NCBI RefSeq assembly: GCF_006345805.1
Contig: NC_043021.1
Coordinates: forward strand, 15,252,001 to 15,316,000
Direction: 5' to 3'
Source of the DNA: Octopus sinensis
Lineage: Eukaryota
Length of the DNA: 64,000 bases
Part shown: piece by piece, positions 12,297-25,040 of the stretch
How the letters are laid out: each line of letters starts with the position of its first letter
Numbering within the stretch: the first letter of the stretch is position 1
Position numbers and translations under genes: made by a program
Notes under the pieces: model-generated
Databases searched by the model: none
The model's input: only the letters and a program-made list of their open reading frames with translations
What the model was told of the DNA's origin: nothing

Positions 12297-14150
12297 AGGT
12301 GGAATTCCTCTGATGTTATTTCTTCTTTATTTCAAAACAAAAGATAACTATTTGAGAAGCATTTAGAGAAGTAGAATTTTTAAGTTGTTATTGATTAGAG
12401 TTAGGGTAGTTAACGAGATAGTTACTTTTATTGTGGCAGACTATTATTGTCTGTTTCTTTTGGAACAAAAGTTAAGAATTCGTGTTTTCAGAATTATTTT
12501 CCTTCAGGTTTTCTGCTTTGAAAAATAATAGAGAAGATCATATGCAACCATTTTTTTCAGTAAACAGTTTAGAATTCAAGTGGAAATATGAATGGTTCTT
12601 AAGACAATTAGTTAATGAGTATCAGTGGTTCTAAGAATTCTGTTATTTGATTAACCTCTGTTGGAAATGGAATTGGTGTTCGCACATACACACACACACA
12701 CACAGCACATGTACATTGTAAATAAAATGAATTAAAAGAATTAATTTAAATATAATGAATATCAATTTAGTTTGATGAAGAAAATTAGAATTTGTTTGTG
12801 AGTTACACAAAGATGAAACTGGTTTAAGTAAAGAACATTGTTGTGAGTACCATATATATATATATATATAATGTGTGTGTGTATATATATTTATATATTC
12901 TTTTAGTCATTTGACTGTGGCCATACTGGAGCACCGCCTTTACTCGGGCAAATCAATCTCAGGACTTATTATTTGTAAGTCTAGTACTTATTCTATCGGG
13001 GTCTTTTGCTGAACCGCTAAGTTACAGGGACAAATGTATTTTATCATGGCACTGGCCTTAAAAAAGGTTGTCATTTGTCCTAAACCAGACTGTTGAACCC
13101 TTTTGCCTCATATTATATGATACCTTGTCTTTTTTCTACAAAATATTTAGTCCACAATTCATGTTTATCCTGATTTTTTATCATTTTACTCTACTACTCT
13201 GTAAGACTCTATTACTCTGTAAGCAGAAATGCAGAAGGTATCAGGCCCTCTTCTCATTTGTTAACCACTATACAAAGTGTACTGGTTGCATTTTATTATG
13301 GTCCTAGCACTTGAGAGGTTGTTGTGTGTGTAAACAAGACTGTTGGGTCCTCTTATCGCCATTCATTTGCCAACCACTGTACAGAGTGTACTGGGTGCAG
13401 TTTATTATGACACCAGCTTTAGTGACGTTATCTTCTACCCTTTAAGACATAGTTTCCACTACTCTTACAGTGTGTCTGTTTATTCAAAGCTGCCTGATGA
13501 AATGGGCGAATAGCAGAGAAAGAGAGGGATAGATAGATAGATAGATAGACTGAGAGAGAGCTAGAGAGAGAGAGAGAGTGTGTAATGGCAGAAGGAAGCT
13601 CAGGATGAGTAAGTGAAGAGAGCAAAAGTACGTTGGTTGAAAGTGATAGGGATAGTTCATTATTCATTATCACTACACATTCTGAGGTACCTTATCTTTT
13701 TTGCTGTTCATAAAATATTGATGTAGTTCACAATTTATGTTGACCCTGCTCTTTTATCATTTTAATCTACAATGATATAAGCAGACATGCAGCCTCTCTT
13801 TATACACTTATCTCGTATTATTCATCTATTTGTATATCGAAAGTAGTTCAGCTTAAAACTAGGATGTGAGATGCATCTTTTGTTGCTATTGATATGTGTG
13901 TGTGTATGTATGTGTGTGGGTGTTGCAACAGCACATGCTTTATGTTGGTATGGGTTCCAAGTGGGGGTTCTGCAGGGTAACTAATAAGGAGTAGGTGTTT
14001 GCTGTTGGTGATATTTAAGAACTTCTTTCTTGATAATCTGTGTCAGCAGATTTTGTTTCTCTTTTTTTCTTTTTCTTTTTGTAAGGTCTGCTGCTGTTTG
14101 AATTAAGAATTTTTTCTCTAGAGAGAAAATGGAAGAATTCATTTCCCTCC

Positions 14151-14191
<41 letters not shown>

Positions 14192-14193
<2 letters not shown>

Positions 14194-14420
14194 AGGTGGT
14201 GAGCTGGCAGAATCATTAGCATGCCAGGCAAAATGCTTAGCAGTATTTCATCTGTCTTTACGCTCCGAGTTCAAATTCCGCTGGGGTTGACTTTGCCTTT
14301 CATCCTTTCAAGGTCGATAAACTAAGTACCTGTGAAACACTGGGGTCGAAGTAATCAACTTTCCCCTCCCCTCAAATTTTATGCCTTGTGCTTTTAGTAG
14401 AAAGGATTATTATTATTATT
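14192..14420 (+). mobile_element. SINE family A, A2 tail variant, inserted at (ATT)n
   Basis: A head and body with alternative tail CCCCTCCCCTCAAATTT...GTAGAAAGG(ATT)n. Confidence 0.85.
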
Positions 14421-14424
14421 ATCA

Positions 14425-14902
14425 TTTCTTTATTGCCCACAAGGGGCTACACACAGAGGGGGACAAACAAGGACAGACAAACGGATTAAGTCGATTATAT
14501 CGACTCCAGTGTGTAACTGGTACTTATTTAATAAGGCGGCGAGCTGGCAGAAACGTTAGCACGCCGGGCGATATGCTTAGCGGTATTTCGTCTGCGTTAC
14601 GTTGTGAGTTCAAATTCCGCCGAGGTCGACTTTGCCTTTCATCCTTTCGGGGTCGATAAATTAAGTACCAGTTATGCGCTGGGGTCGATATAATCAACTT
14701 AATACCTATGTCTGTCCTTGTTTTTCCCCTCTGTGTTTAGCCCCTTGTGGGTAATAAAGAAATAGGTACTTATTTAATTGACCCCGAAAAGATGAAAGGC
14801 AGAGTTGACCTCGGTGGAATTTGAACTCAGAACGTAGCGGCAAACGAAATGCCGCTAAGCATTTCGCCCGGCGTGCTAACGATTCTACCAGCTCGCCACC
14901 TT
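14425..14902. mobile_element. Plus-strand SINE A1 (14532-14766) nested in a minus-strand SINE A1
   Basis: The outer element is split; a 14-bp TSD GGTACTTATTTAAT lies at 14519-14532 and 14765-14778. Confidence 0.9.
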
Positions 14903-15394
14903 TATTATTATTATTATTATTATTATTATCATTAGCACACCAAGCAAGATGCTTAGCGGCGTTACATCCGTCTTTATGTTCAAATTCTGCCGAGGTCGAC
15001 TTTAACTTTTATCCTTTCGGAGCCGGTAAAGTGAATACTAGTCGAACACTGAGGTCGAGTTAATCGACTTAGCCCCTCCTCCAAACCTGATGGCCTTATA
15101 CCAAAATTTGAAACCATTTTTTTTTCATTATGTTAGTCTTGTTTACATGCAAAGCCCTCCCAACAACACTCACACATACACATACACACACACCCTCTCT
15201 CTCTCACACGCACACACACACACATTCTTTGTTTTGATCTGTGCTGTTCATGCTGTTTTTCTTTACATAAACCCTTGTAGTTAATAAGGAAACAATTATT
15301 ATTATTATTATTATTATTGTTATTGGAGGCAATGACCAAAACTTTTGGCCTTACGGAGGCAATGGCCAATACCCTTGGTATTCTGTCGTGCTTG

Positions 15395-15645
15395 TGAAGA
15401 AGACCCATCAAGCTGAGCAAAATCGCAGTCATGGCAGATACTGGTGACATGCAAATGGCACCCGTGCCAGTGGCATGTAAAAACATCCATTACACTCTCA
15501 GAGTGGTTGGCATTAGGAAGAGCATCCAGCCATAGAAAACCATGTCAAATCAGACTGGAGCCTGGCACAGCCTTCCAGTGTGCCAGCCCAGTCAAACCAT
15601 CCAACCCATGCCAGCATGGACAACGGATGTTAAATGATGATTATT
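15395..15645 (+). mobile_element. Retroposon family D (RTE-type 3' end)
   Basis: GGTTGGCATTAGGAAGAGCATCCAGCC motif, CCCATGCCAGCATGG palindrome, (GAT)n tail. Further copies at 27215-27355(+), 28986-29160(+), 33655-33928(-), 39997-40161(-), 44712-45045(-), 49217-49385(-) and 52345-52601(+). Confidence 0.8.
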
Positions 15646-17254
15646 GAGGTGGCGAGCTGGCAGAATTGTTAGCAAGCTGGGAAAATGCTTAGCAGTATTT
15701 TGTCTGTCTTTATGATCTGAGTTCAAATTCTGCCAAGGCCATCTTTGTCTTTCATCCTTTAGAGATTAGTAAAACGAAGTATCAGTTGAATACTGGCGTC
15801 AATGAAACCTGACTTCTTCCCCTAAAATTACTGGCTATGTGCCAAAATTTGAAACCCTTATCATCATGGTAGCAAGCTGGCCACACACACACACACACAT
15901 TAATGTTTGACTTATGCATAGTGATATTAATAACCTGGTGTAGAAACTAAACATACATATGCTTTAGAATAAAGCATGAGTTGAGTACAGAACATAATAT
16001 CAAATTAAACAAATGACAAAGGAACAGGAATTCATGCAGTGAACTTCATTGGCTTACAGTTGTTTCTGCTATAAATGCTGTGCACACGGAGCTGAGTGTT
16101 TATGCATCACCTTATAGCCTCCCTGGAGCTTGTAAAATGAAATGCAAGCTATTAGGGAATACATTTATATATGTGAAGCTAAAGTTCATTAAAAAATTTC
16201 CTGTCCCTTTGTTATCTGTTTACTTTCACACACGTGTACATGCATACATACATGACGGGCTTCCATACAGTTTTCATTGTACTGAATTCTCTCACATGGC
16301 ACTGGTTGCCTGGAGCTTTACTTGAAGATGATTGCTCACAGTGTCAATGCAGTGGGACTGGTTCTGAAACTATGTGGTTGCAAAGCCAGCTTCTTAACCA
16401 CTGTGACCTGAGGGGAATTTGGTGCCTGTTGCCAGCAGGTTGAGCAATTGCATAGAGTATCCTTCGTTAGGTCAGGCAGTGCATCGAAAATACAGCAGTG
16501 AACTGTATTTCACTACAGCTCTTGTTCCGGTTAGCTAAACTTGGCCACAGAGAATTAAATAGCTTTACCAGAGATGCAGTACCATGGTTGTGGTTGGATG
16601 TGAATTGTAAGTTCTTTGTGGACAACAACCATCTTTTTCATGGCTAGCAGCAATTCTCTGGTGATACACTTTTGCAATTACAGACCACTTACTGTAAGTT
16701 GTTTTAAAGTCAACAAAAGCAATTATTTATTTTGGCAAGACACCATTTATGTATCTAGTCCAACCCATGTCATGTAATATGGGTGTTAAATGATAATGGT
16801 GATACATGTATGTGTGTATATATGTAGATGTTGGAATAGCTGAATGCTTAAGAAATTTGCTTTGCAAGTCATGTGCTTTCAGCTACATTCGCATTGCGCA
16901 GTACCTTAGGCAAGTGACTTCTGCTGTAGCCTCAGGCCAGCCAATGCCTTGTGAGCAAATTTGATACACCCAAACCATACAAAGCCCCTATGTTTTTATG
17001 TGTGTGTGAATATATAACGTTCTACTCTGGCATGAAAAATGAACAAGCTTTAGATATTAATATCTTGTTATTCCCTGTCAGCAAACCATTTGCTAGCTCT
17101 GTGCTTTCAAAGACAAGTATGATGAAAGCTCTCTTATTTGAAAAACAGGTTAGGGTTAGCAACGAAAAGGGCTTCCAGGTGTAAAAAACAGTGCTTCATC
17201 AATATGTATTCATCTAACCCATGCTAGCATGGTAAAACATGTAAAAAGGCATAT

Positions 17255-17830
17255 ATTTTGGCTCTTTATGTTCATGGTTCAAATGCCATCAGGGTCAACT
17301 TTGCCTTTCATTCTTGCAGGGTTGATAACATAAGTACCAGTTGAACTTTGGAGTCGATACAATTAACTTGGCCCTCCCCTCAGAATTGCTGGCAGCTGTG
17401 TGCCAATATTTGAGCTGGCTGAATTGTTACTGTCTCAGACTAAGTGTTTAGTGGCATTTCTTCCAACTTCATGTTCTGAGTTCAAATGCTGTCAAAGTCG
17501 ACTTTGCCTTTCTTCCTTTCAGGGTTGATAAAATAAGCACCAGTTAGGTGCCAGGGTCAAGGTAATTGACTCCCACACCTTCCAAATTTCAGGCCTGGAG
17601 CCTATAGCAGAAAGGGTTGTTGTTATTAAGACAGTGAAAGGTGCATTTCTTCCTGCTCTTTACATTCTGATTTCAAATTCTGCTGAGGTCAACTTAGCCT
17701 TTCATTCTTTCAGTGTTGATAAAATGAAGTACTGGTCAAGTTCTGTGATTGATGTAATTGACTCTCTCATTCTAAGATTGCTGGCCTTGTGCCTAGATTA
17801 CAAAGAATTATTGTTTTTGTAGCTATTTTT
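17255..17830 (+). mobile_element. Three degenerate SINE A2 copies head-to-tail
   Basis: Three successive GTTCAAAT...CTTTGCCTTTCATTC...GATAAAATAAGTACC modules in the same orientation. Confidence 0.75.
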
Positions 17831-17887
17831 ATCATCACCATCATCATCATCATCATCATTATTATTATTATTCTTTTTTTCTTCCAG

Positions 17888-17950
17888 ACATTGGTTGGAT
17901 CTTAGTATGGTTACAAGCAGCAAGTTTTAGATTCCTATTAAAACACCAAG
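17888..17950 (+). other. Candidate internal exon (63 bp)
   Basis: Acceptor TTCTTTTTTTCTTCCAG and donor AAG|GTAAGA. One open frame (phase 1-1): xIGWILVWLQAASFRFLLKHQ. No recognised homology. Confidence 0.35.
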
Positions 17951-19399
17951 GTAAGAACTGAACCACTTATTCATTCCATTATTTCTCCCCAACTCAGTAC
18001 TTATCACTTTTCTCTAACCCTGAATTAGAATTATTGAAAAACAGCAATGCTACACAACAACTATTCAAAATGCTGTAAATAATGAAAATTTTGTTACTTT
18101 CAAATTTCCATGTAGGTAAATAATAATAAATGGAATTTGAGTTCTGCTAGTACTCCATCTGGTGAGAGATAAATACTATTTAACAGAGGCAATACATGTT
18201 TTTATGTGCTACTAATAGTTACATGTGTTGAGAAATATCTCAAACATATCGGGTACAAACAATATGTCATATGATATGCTTCGTGCAGTTTCCATCAACC
18301 AAATTCACTCACAAGGCTTCAATTGGCCTGAGGCTCTAGTAGAAGATACTTGTCCAAGGTTCCATGCAGTAGAACTGAACCTGGAACCATGTGGTTGGGA
18401 AGCAAACTTCTTACCACATAGCCAATGTCATTTGTTCTTCTACAAAATAGTTAGCTCTGTTTTTGTGGGGAGATTTGGCTGCTATTTTTACCAAGGTGTT
18501 CAACCTCATAGCAGCTCTTTTATTCGCTTAAGTACACTTCAAGTGAAGCTAAAATTTTAAAAGTATTTTCAAAAGTCTTTTTTACATATTTATATTTATT
18601 CATTTTGAGATTTATTTAATTTGTTTGATTCCACAGATTGTGTTAAATATCTAAAACGTTACAGAGATGCCTTCTTTTACAAATTGTTTTCTCAACTCCA
18701 ATTTTTCTCATTTATATGCATAGTTTCGAAAATCCAGATTTGTTTTGTTGACCTGTTGCCGTTTTCATATTCCGAAATATTTCGAGAAATTAAAAAACAA
18801 AAACAAAGCAAAGAAACTCCCCCCCCCCCAAGAAAAACAAAAACAAAACTCAAACTAAACAAGCATTATTATCATTTGTTAACATCGCCTTCATCTTTAT
18901 CACCATCATCATAACTACTCCCCGCCTTCATCATCGCCGTCATCATCATTAGCTGCCACATCTTTATAACAGCTATTTGAAATTTTCCATTTGTTACATT
19001 GCTTGTATAACTTTGTAGATTTTGAACTTAAAAAAATAAATAAATAAATAGATAAATAAATAAAACTAAAACTGTAATAACAAGAGAAAATGTTTGATTC
19101 TTTATTGAATAGCTGAATTTTGTTTGTTTAAAAGGAAGAAATGAAGAAACAAGTGTAGAAGAAAACACACAAACTTTGCTGTTTTGTTTTTACTCTTATT
19201 CTTCTTTGCATGGAAGGATAATAAAGCTGTTTGATTAAACCTCTTTCTTCTTAGATATAATGCAGAATCTCATTGTTGGTTTGTTTTTTTTTTATTCCAT
19301 ATTCTTCCTCCTCTTCTCTCCATGTTTCTAAAGTCTTTCATTTATTCCTAAATTCTTTGTATATTTTGGAAAATTTCCGTTTGTGCAAGCTTTTTGTAT

Positions 19400-20110
19400 T
19401 TGTATTGCAATTTGTAGTATTATGTCTGTCCATACCAGCCAGTCTGTAATGTTACAATGCAAGCCAGTTTCAGTCTGTAATGCTCTGAGTCCGTGGTGTG
19501 TACGAGTCTAGGCCAGTATGTTTGGGTGTGTAGAAGAGTCCACAGCAGTTTGCTATAGTAAAGTTATGACATGGCTTCATTGAAATTTATAATTCTCTGA
19601 GACAAAAAACAATTTATAATACTGGGTATGTATCAGCAATTTGTCATGCTATGCATGTATGGGTCTAACTATCCATTTGGTCAGGCAACATTTCTGGACT
19701 AATGTAACTCTTCAGCACCAGATGTTCTGATCTTCCTCACCTTGGCATCCAGTATCTTCCATAAGTTGATCCATATTTTCTTTTCTTGGTCTGCTGATAT
19801 CTGTATCTCCACCCCTCTTCATGTTATCAGGAAGGGTGGATTTCCATGTAGTTCTGAGTCTATTTAGGGTTTCTGTGCTTTTGCAGTCCTTACTTGGACA
19901 TTTTGTAACTTACAGTGATGCAAGTCTAAGGCAATTAGTAATGCTATTTATATGTCTATAACAATTTCTGTTATGAGTCCATGGCAAAATATCCTGCTAT
20001 GTATGACTCCATAGCAATTTGTAATGCTGTGTATATTTGTTTGGTTGTTTACGAGGCTATGGATCTGTAGCAAATTCTAAAACTCTGTGTGAGTCTATTG
20101 TACTTTATAA
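19400..20110. repeat. Highly degenerate ~30-bp minisatellite
   Basis: Recurring GAGTCCATAGCAATTTGTAATGCT(G/A)TGTAT-like units, interrupted at ~19680-19920. Confidence 0.55.
19712..19830 (-). mobile_element. LINE 3' fragment (RTE/RTEX-like)
   Basis: Minus frame SRPRKENMDQLMEDTGCQGEEDQNIW resembles the GRP..Y.DQL..DTG....DR..W terminus (recognised from memory). Confidence 0.4.
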
Positions 20111-21824
20111 CACCATGAGAATCAAAGGGAGTTTTGTAATAGAAAACATGAGTCCATGGTAATCTTTGTCTTTCATAGTTTCCTGACTTTTGTTTATCTT
20201 CACAACACTGAAAAGAAAAATCCTGACATCATCATCATCAAAATAATAATAATAATAATAATATAAATAATAATAATAATACTGATAATCTGTTAGTGCC
20301 ATCCTCTGGTCTATTATCTCTCAGAAGATTATATTTTGTGTTATCTAATGTTTGCTGTTGCCAATTGTCATTGATTTCCTGTTTACCAATAATGGAATGT
20401 GACTTTCACTTGGAAGAATTTCTTATTTTCTTTTTTTTTTTGTTTTTTAGTGGTTTCATTTGTTTGTTTGTTTGCTTGGTTTCTATAAGTAACTTGTTGA
20501 TTTGGAATCCTTCGAAAAATATGATTGGAAGAAGAAATAAACTCCTGAGAATATTCTCGTGCTCTGTTACCGTTTTCTTGTCTTCTAAAAGTTCATTGAA
20601 TTTTGCTGCAGTGGTGGTGCTGGCAGCGCAGAGAGGGAGAGAGAAAGAGTGAGAGAGAGAGAGAGAGAGAAATCTTCGTTTGTCTCATGTTATTAAATAT
20701 ATTGGGTTTTTAATATCGATTGAGTTTGCTTTAAAAGGACAAGTTTATCACTCTAAATAAACCTTGTTTCAACAAATAAACAAGTTTGTTGTCGTTAATT
20801 ATTTGTTTCTGGTAATATTCACCGAAAACATGTCATTGTTGATAATAATTCAAGTCCATCGATTATTGTTGATCTTGATCTGGGAATTTTGGTTTTACAG
20901 TTTTATTTATTAGAATAGATTATCTAAAGAATTGTCAGATGTTTTGGTTCTACCGCTGTGCCTTCCTTCCTTTCTTTCATAGTTATATGTTGGCATTGAT
21001 TGAGATTGAAGTTATACAACATGGGTAGTCTTTTTTACATTGATACAGGGGCCACCGCCAGTCAATGTGTACCATGTATTTGCAGATGTGGGTGCCGGCT
21101 TGGGTGTGTGGTTAAGAAGTTTGCTGCCCAACCATGTGGTTTTGGGTTCAGTCCCACTGTACAGCACCTTGCTTAAGTGTTTCCTACTATAGCCCTGGGA
21201 CCACCAGCGCATTGTTAGATACATTGGATAGATACACCACCGGCTTGATTGGGAACTGATATCCAATTGATTGTTAGTGCAAGACATGTCAACTGAGGAA
21301 AGATTTTAACCATTTTGACATTTAATGCAGGGAAGAAAATGTACGGACTCGCATGCTTTTGTTTTGCAAAATTTTACAATAAGGTTGATCAATAAATATT
21401 GATCGCATCTCTCAACTATGGTAGTGGTGGCTGTCAGTTTTCCGAAGAGTCAAAGAAAATGTTTCCATTGGTTTCTTTCTCCCATTTTGCTGGCACTATC
21501 TGTCAGTTGTAATTCTTGACAGAAGTTTCACTGTTTCGCAGTGCCAAAGTGGAATTTGAATTTATAATGTACAGAGCTAGAACAGGGACCACACAAGGCA
21601 TCTTCTCTGATGCTTTAAGTATTTTGTCAGTCAACTACCCTGGACTGGTATTTTTTAAATGATCCAGAAAGGACAAAAGCAAAGTTGATCTCGGTGAGAT
21701 TTGAACTCAGAATGCAGAGGGTCAAAATGAATACTGTGAGTTAGTCTGTCCAATACTCTAACAACTTTGCTAATTGACTGCTTTAGAAAGTCCTACATTC
21801 ATTGAGAAAAATGGTTCAAATTCC

Positions 21825-22217
21825 TTTTTCTTTTACTTGTTTCAGTCATTTGACTGTGGCCATGCTGGAGCACCGCATTTAGTCGAGCAAATCGACCCCA
21901 GGACTTATTCTTTGTAAGCCTAGTACTTATTCTATCAGTCTCCTTTGCCGAACTGCTAAGTTACGGGGATGTAAACACACCAAAATCAGTTGTCAAGCGA
22001 TGTTGGGATGGGGGCAAATGCACACACACACACACACAAACACATGTATATACATGACAAGTTTATTTCAGTTTCTGTCTACCAAATCCACTCACAAGGC
22101 TTTGGTCTGCCCGAGGCTACAGTAGAAGACACTTGACCAAGGTGCTATGCAGTGGGACTGAACCCAGAACCATGTGGTTGGTAAGCAAGTTACTTACCAC
22201 ACAGCCACTCCTGTGCC
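21825..22217 (-). mobile_element. SINE family C, full length
   Basis: Matches the 9592-10032 consensus. Confidence 0.9.
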
Positions 22218-22379
22218 CATAGTTAACATTTTTTTTTACCAAATGATATGTTAATTAAAAGGAATATTTTGGCTCATTTTTTTCAAACTATTAATTTTAA
22301 ATTATTATTATTTAAAAAATAATTTTCATATTTAAAATTAAGAGGAAATGATAGGGAAAAGGATTAATTACAGAGGTCA

Positions 22380-22777
22380 TTCAGAAAAAAAAAGGAGACG
22401 AATATAGTTGAAAGGTGATCGGATGTGTTGCATAAGGGGTAAAATAATATATAGTGGAAGCATGGTTTACATATTTACATTCCTTCCTGAAGACTGTTTG
22501 TCGCCTGAAATGTTTGTAAATTGAAACTATTTTTCGAAAAGGAAATTCAAGAGAAGTGACAGTGAATTTGAGCTGAGCTGTGCACCAAGTGAAAACTAGG
22601 CAGCAGCTGATGGGCTTTTGTTGATACTCCCAGCTTGTCGCCAACTGTCGTTAACAGCTTGCTTGTTTGTTACTCGAGACACCATTTGTCATCATACAAG
22701 GCATTTTACGAGCCAAATATTTGTTTGTAAACTGATTTGTTTGCGATGAGAGGGGTTCGTAAACCGAGGTTCTACTG
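22380..22777 (-). mobile_element. Tigger/pogo-like DNA transposon end, truncated
   Basis: Ends TTCGTAAACCGAGGTTCTACTG followed by TA (22778-79); TIR CAGTAGAACCTCGG is Tigger-like; partner TIR not found. Confidence 0.6.
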
Positions 22778-23519
22778 TATATTAAAAGACAGTAAATAAA
22801 TTCTGTCGTGATAGAATTTGAGCTCCGTTGAGAAGCTTCGACTTTTGACTCTCTGCTACTCTGTTATCGCAAGAAAAAAAGAACTTGGCCAAGCATCCTG
22901 ACTTAACTGACACAGATGCATTATTGTTGAAAACTTCAACAGATTTTATTTCCTTCTGAAGTTTTTCTTTGGTTGATAATGTGAATCTGATATGACAACT
23001 CGTTTTCTAACTTCAATTAAATTCTAATAGTTTATTCAAGTTTGCACTCATCATTCTCTCCTATTTACCATCTGTCAGGGCGGTTGAATTTAAAACATGA
23101 TAAATACATCATATTTTGTTGCTGTTGATGGCTCGAAACCTTTCTACCTCTCTTTCTCATCTCTGAACACTATGAAGTATAAAATGATCTTTTTTTTTTT
23201 TTTGATATCTCTTATGTGAAATCGGATTTTAAAACCAAGATAAAAAACAATACTGTGTGGTCCTTAGGTTCATATCTCTTTTATCTGTTTGAGATACTTG
23301 CACCTCTCAATACATTTTAACTTACACATCTATCTTTTGTTTGTTGGAACATGTTGCATCGTGTTTAGTGATTTTTTTTTTTTTTTCCTTTTTCTTTTTC
23401 TTCAAATACTTTTTGATGCATTGCACAGTGACTGATTCTCAGCAAGCTACAAGTCTTGGTTTTGCAGTTGATGAGACATTCGGAAACTATTACTATCTCT
23501 CCACTTCTATACACACACG

Positions 23520-23585
23520 CACACACATATATATATACATGCACACACACATATACACTATATATACACACACACACACACACAC

Positions 23586-23623
<38 letters not shown>

Positions 23624-23748
23624 ATATATATACACGCACACACACATACACTATATATATATATATATATATACATACACACACACACAAACTCATATAC
23701 ATATAAATACACATATATACAAATGTATACACACACACACACAAATGT

Positions 23749-23793
<45 letters not shown>

Positions 23794-23815
23794 TGCATGC
23801 ATACGCACACACACA
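23520..23815. repeat. Compound (CA)n/(TA)n microsatellite
   Basis: Direct inspection. Confidence 0.95.
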
Positions 23816-24162
23816 TCTAAATCTTTGTGTTATGCCTACAGATGCCAATGATTATGGACTGCCATGCCAAGATTCATGATTTTTCTTGGGAATGGCACAG
23901 CAGGGATTTTTTTTTAACAGTTTAATAACACTTCTAGTTTCCTGCTCTCTCGAGCTTACTTTTAACCCTTAAGCTAGGGCACTAGTTTGGTGTGACATCA
24001 GGATGTGTCCACACAATTGTGGGTCTCTGTGACACATGACTAGGTGCCAGCCCTCCTCCAAGTCAAGCATCTTCTGCTATCTAACTCATGGCTAGCAGTA
24101 TGAGACATTCTGGCATAGCTGTTAGTAGATGCTGACTTATTTGACATTAGACATTTTAACGA

Positions 24163-24407
24163 CTCTCTCTTTTACTCTTTTACTTGTTTCAGTCATTTGA
24201 CTGTGGCCATGCTGGAGCACCGCCTTTAATCGAGCAACTCGACCCCGGGACTTATTCTTTGTAAGCCCAGTACTTATTCTATCGGTCTCTTTTGCCGAAC
24301 CGGTAAGTGACGGGGACATAAACACAACAGCATCGGTTGCCAAGCAATGCTAGGGGGACAAACACAGAGACACAAACATACACGCACACATATATATATA
24401 TATATAT

Positions 24408-24442
<35 letters not shown>

Positions 24443-24604
24443 CGACGGGCTTCTTTCAGTTTCCGTCTACCAAATCCACTCACAAGGCTTTGGTCGGCCT
24501 GAGGCTATAGTAGAAGACACTTGCCCTAAGGTGCCACGCAGTGGGACTGAACCCGGAACCATGTGGTTGGTAAACAAGCTACTTACCACACAGCCACTCC
24601 TGCG
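24163..24604 (-). mobile_element. SINE family C, full length, young
   Basis: Close to consensus with CpGs retained. Confidence 0.92.
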
Positions 24605-24806
24605 AGTTTTCTATCCAAGAAAAAAGGTTACCCTGGAAAATGTATTCCTAAATACACTGTTGCTGAACAAAGTTTTTCCTGTTCTTGTCTTGCAAGCTGC
24701 ATGGTGACCTCACTGGTGCTTGTGGCACAAAGAAAATAAATAAATTAATCAATCAAAAAGTTTGCAGCCAAATGACCGAAACGAGTAAAAGAGTAAGCAC
24801 TATATA

Positions 24807-25040
24807 TGTTTCTTTATTACCCACAAGGTGCTAAACATAGAGGGGACAAACAAGGACAGACAAACGGATTAAGACGATTACATCGACCCCAGTGCTTAAC
24901 TGGTACTCAATTTATCGACCCCGAAAGGATGAAAGGCAAAGTCGACCTCGGCGGAATTTGAACTCAGAACGTAACGGCAGATGAAATACGGCTACGCATT
25001 TCGCCCGGCGTGCTAACAATTCTGCCAGCTCGCCGCCTTT
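24807..25040 (-). mobile_element. SINE A1 with 12-bp TSD
   Basis: AAGCACTATATA (24795-24806) and AAGCGCTATATA (25041-25052). Confidence 0.9.

Noticed and set aside
13487-13502. 14-nt match to miR-745/miR-22-family seed region (AGCTGCCTGATGAA)
   Set aside because: The 3' half diverges and no precursor hairpin is visible; the CTGATGA here also lacks a proper hammerhead stem II and GAAA.
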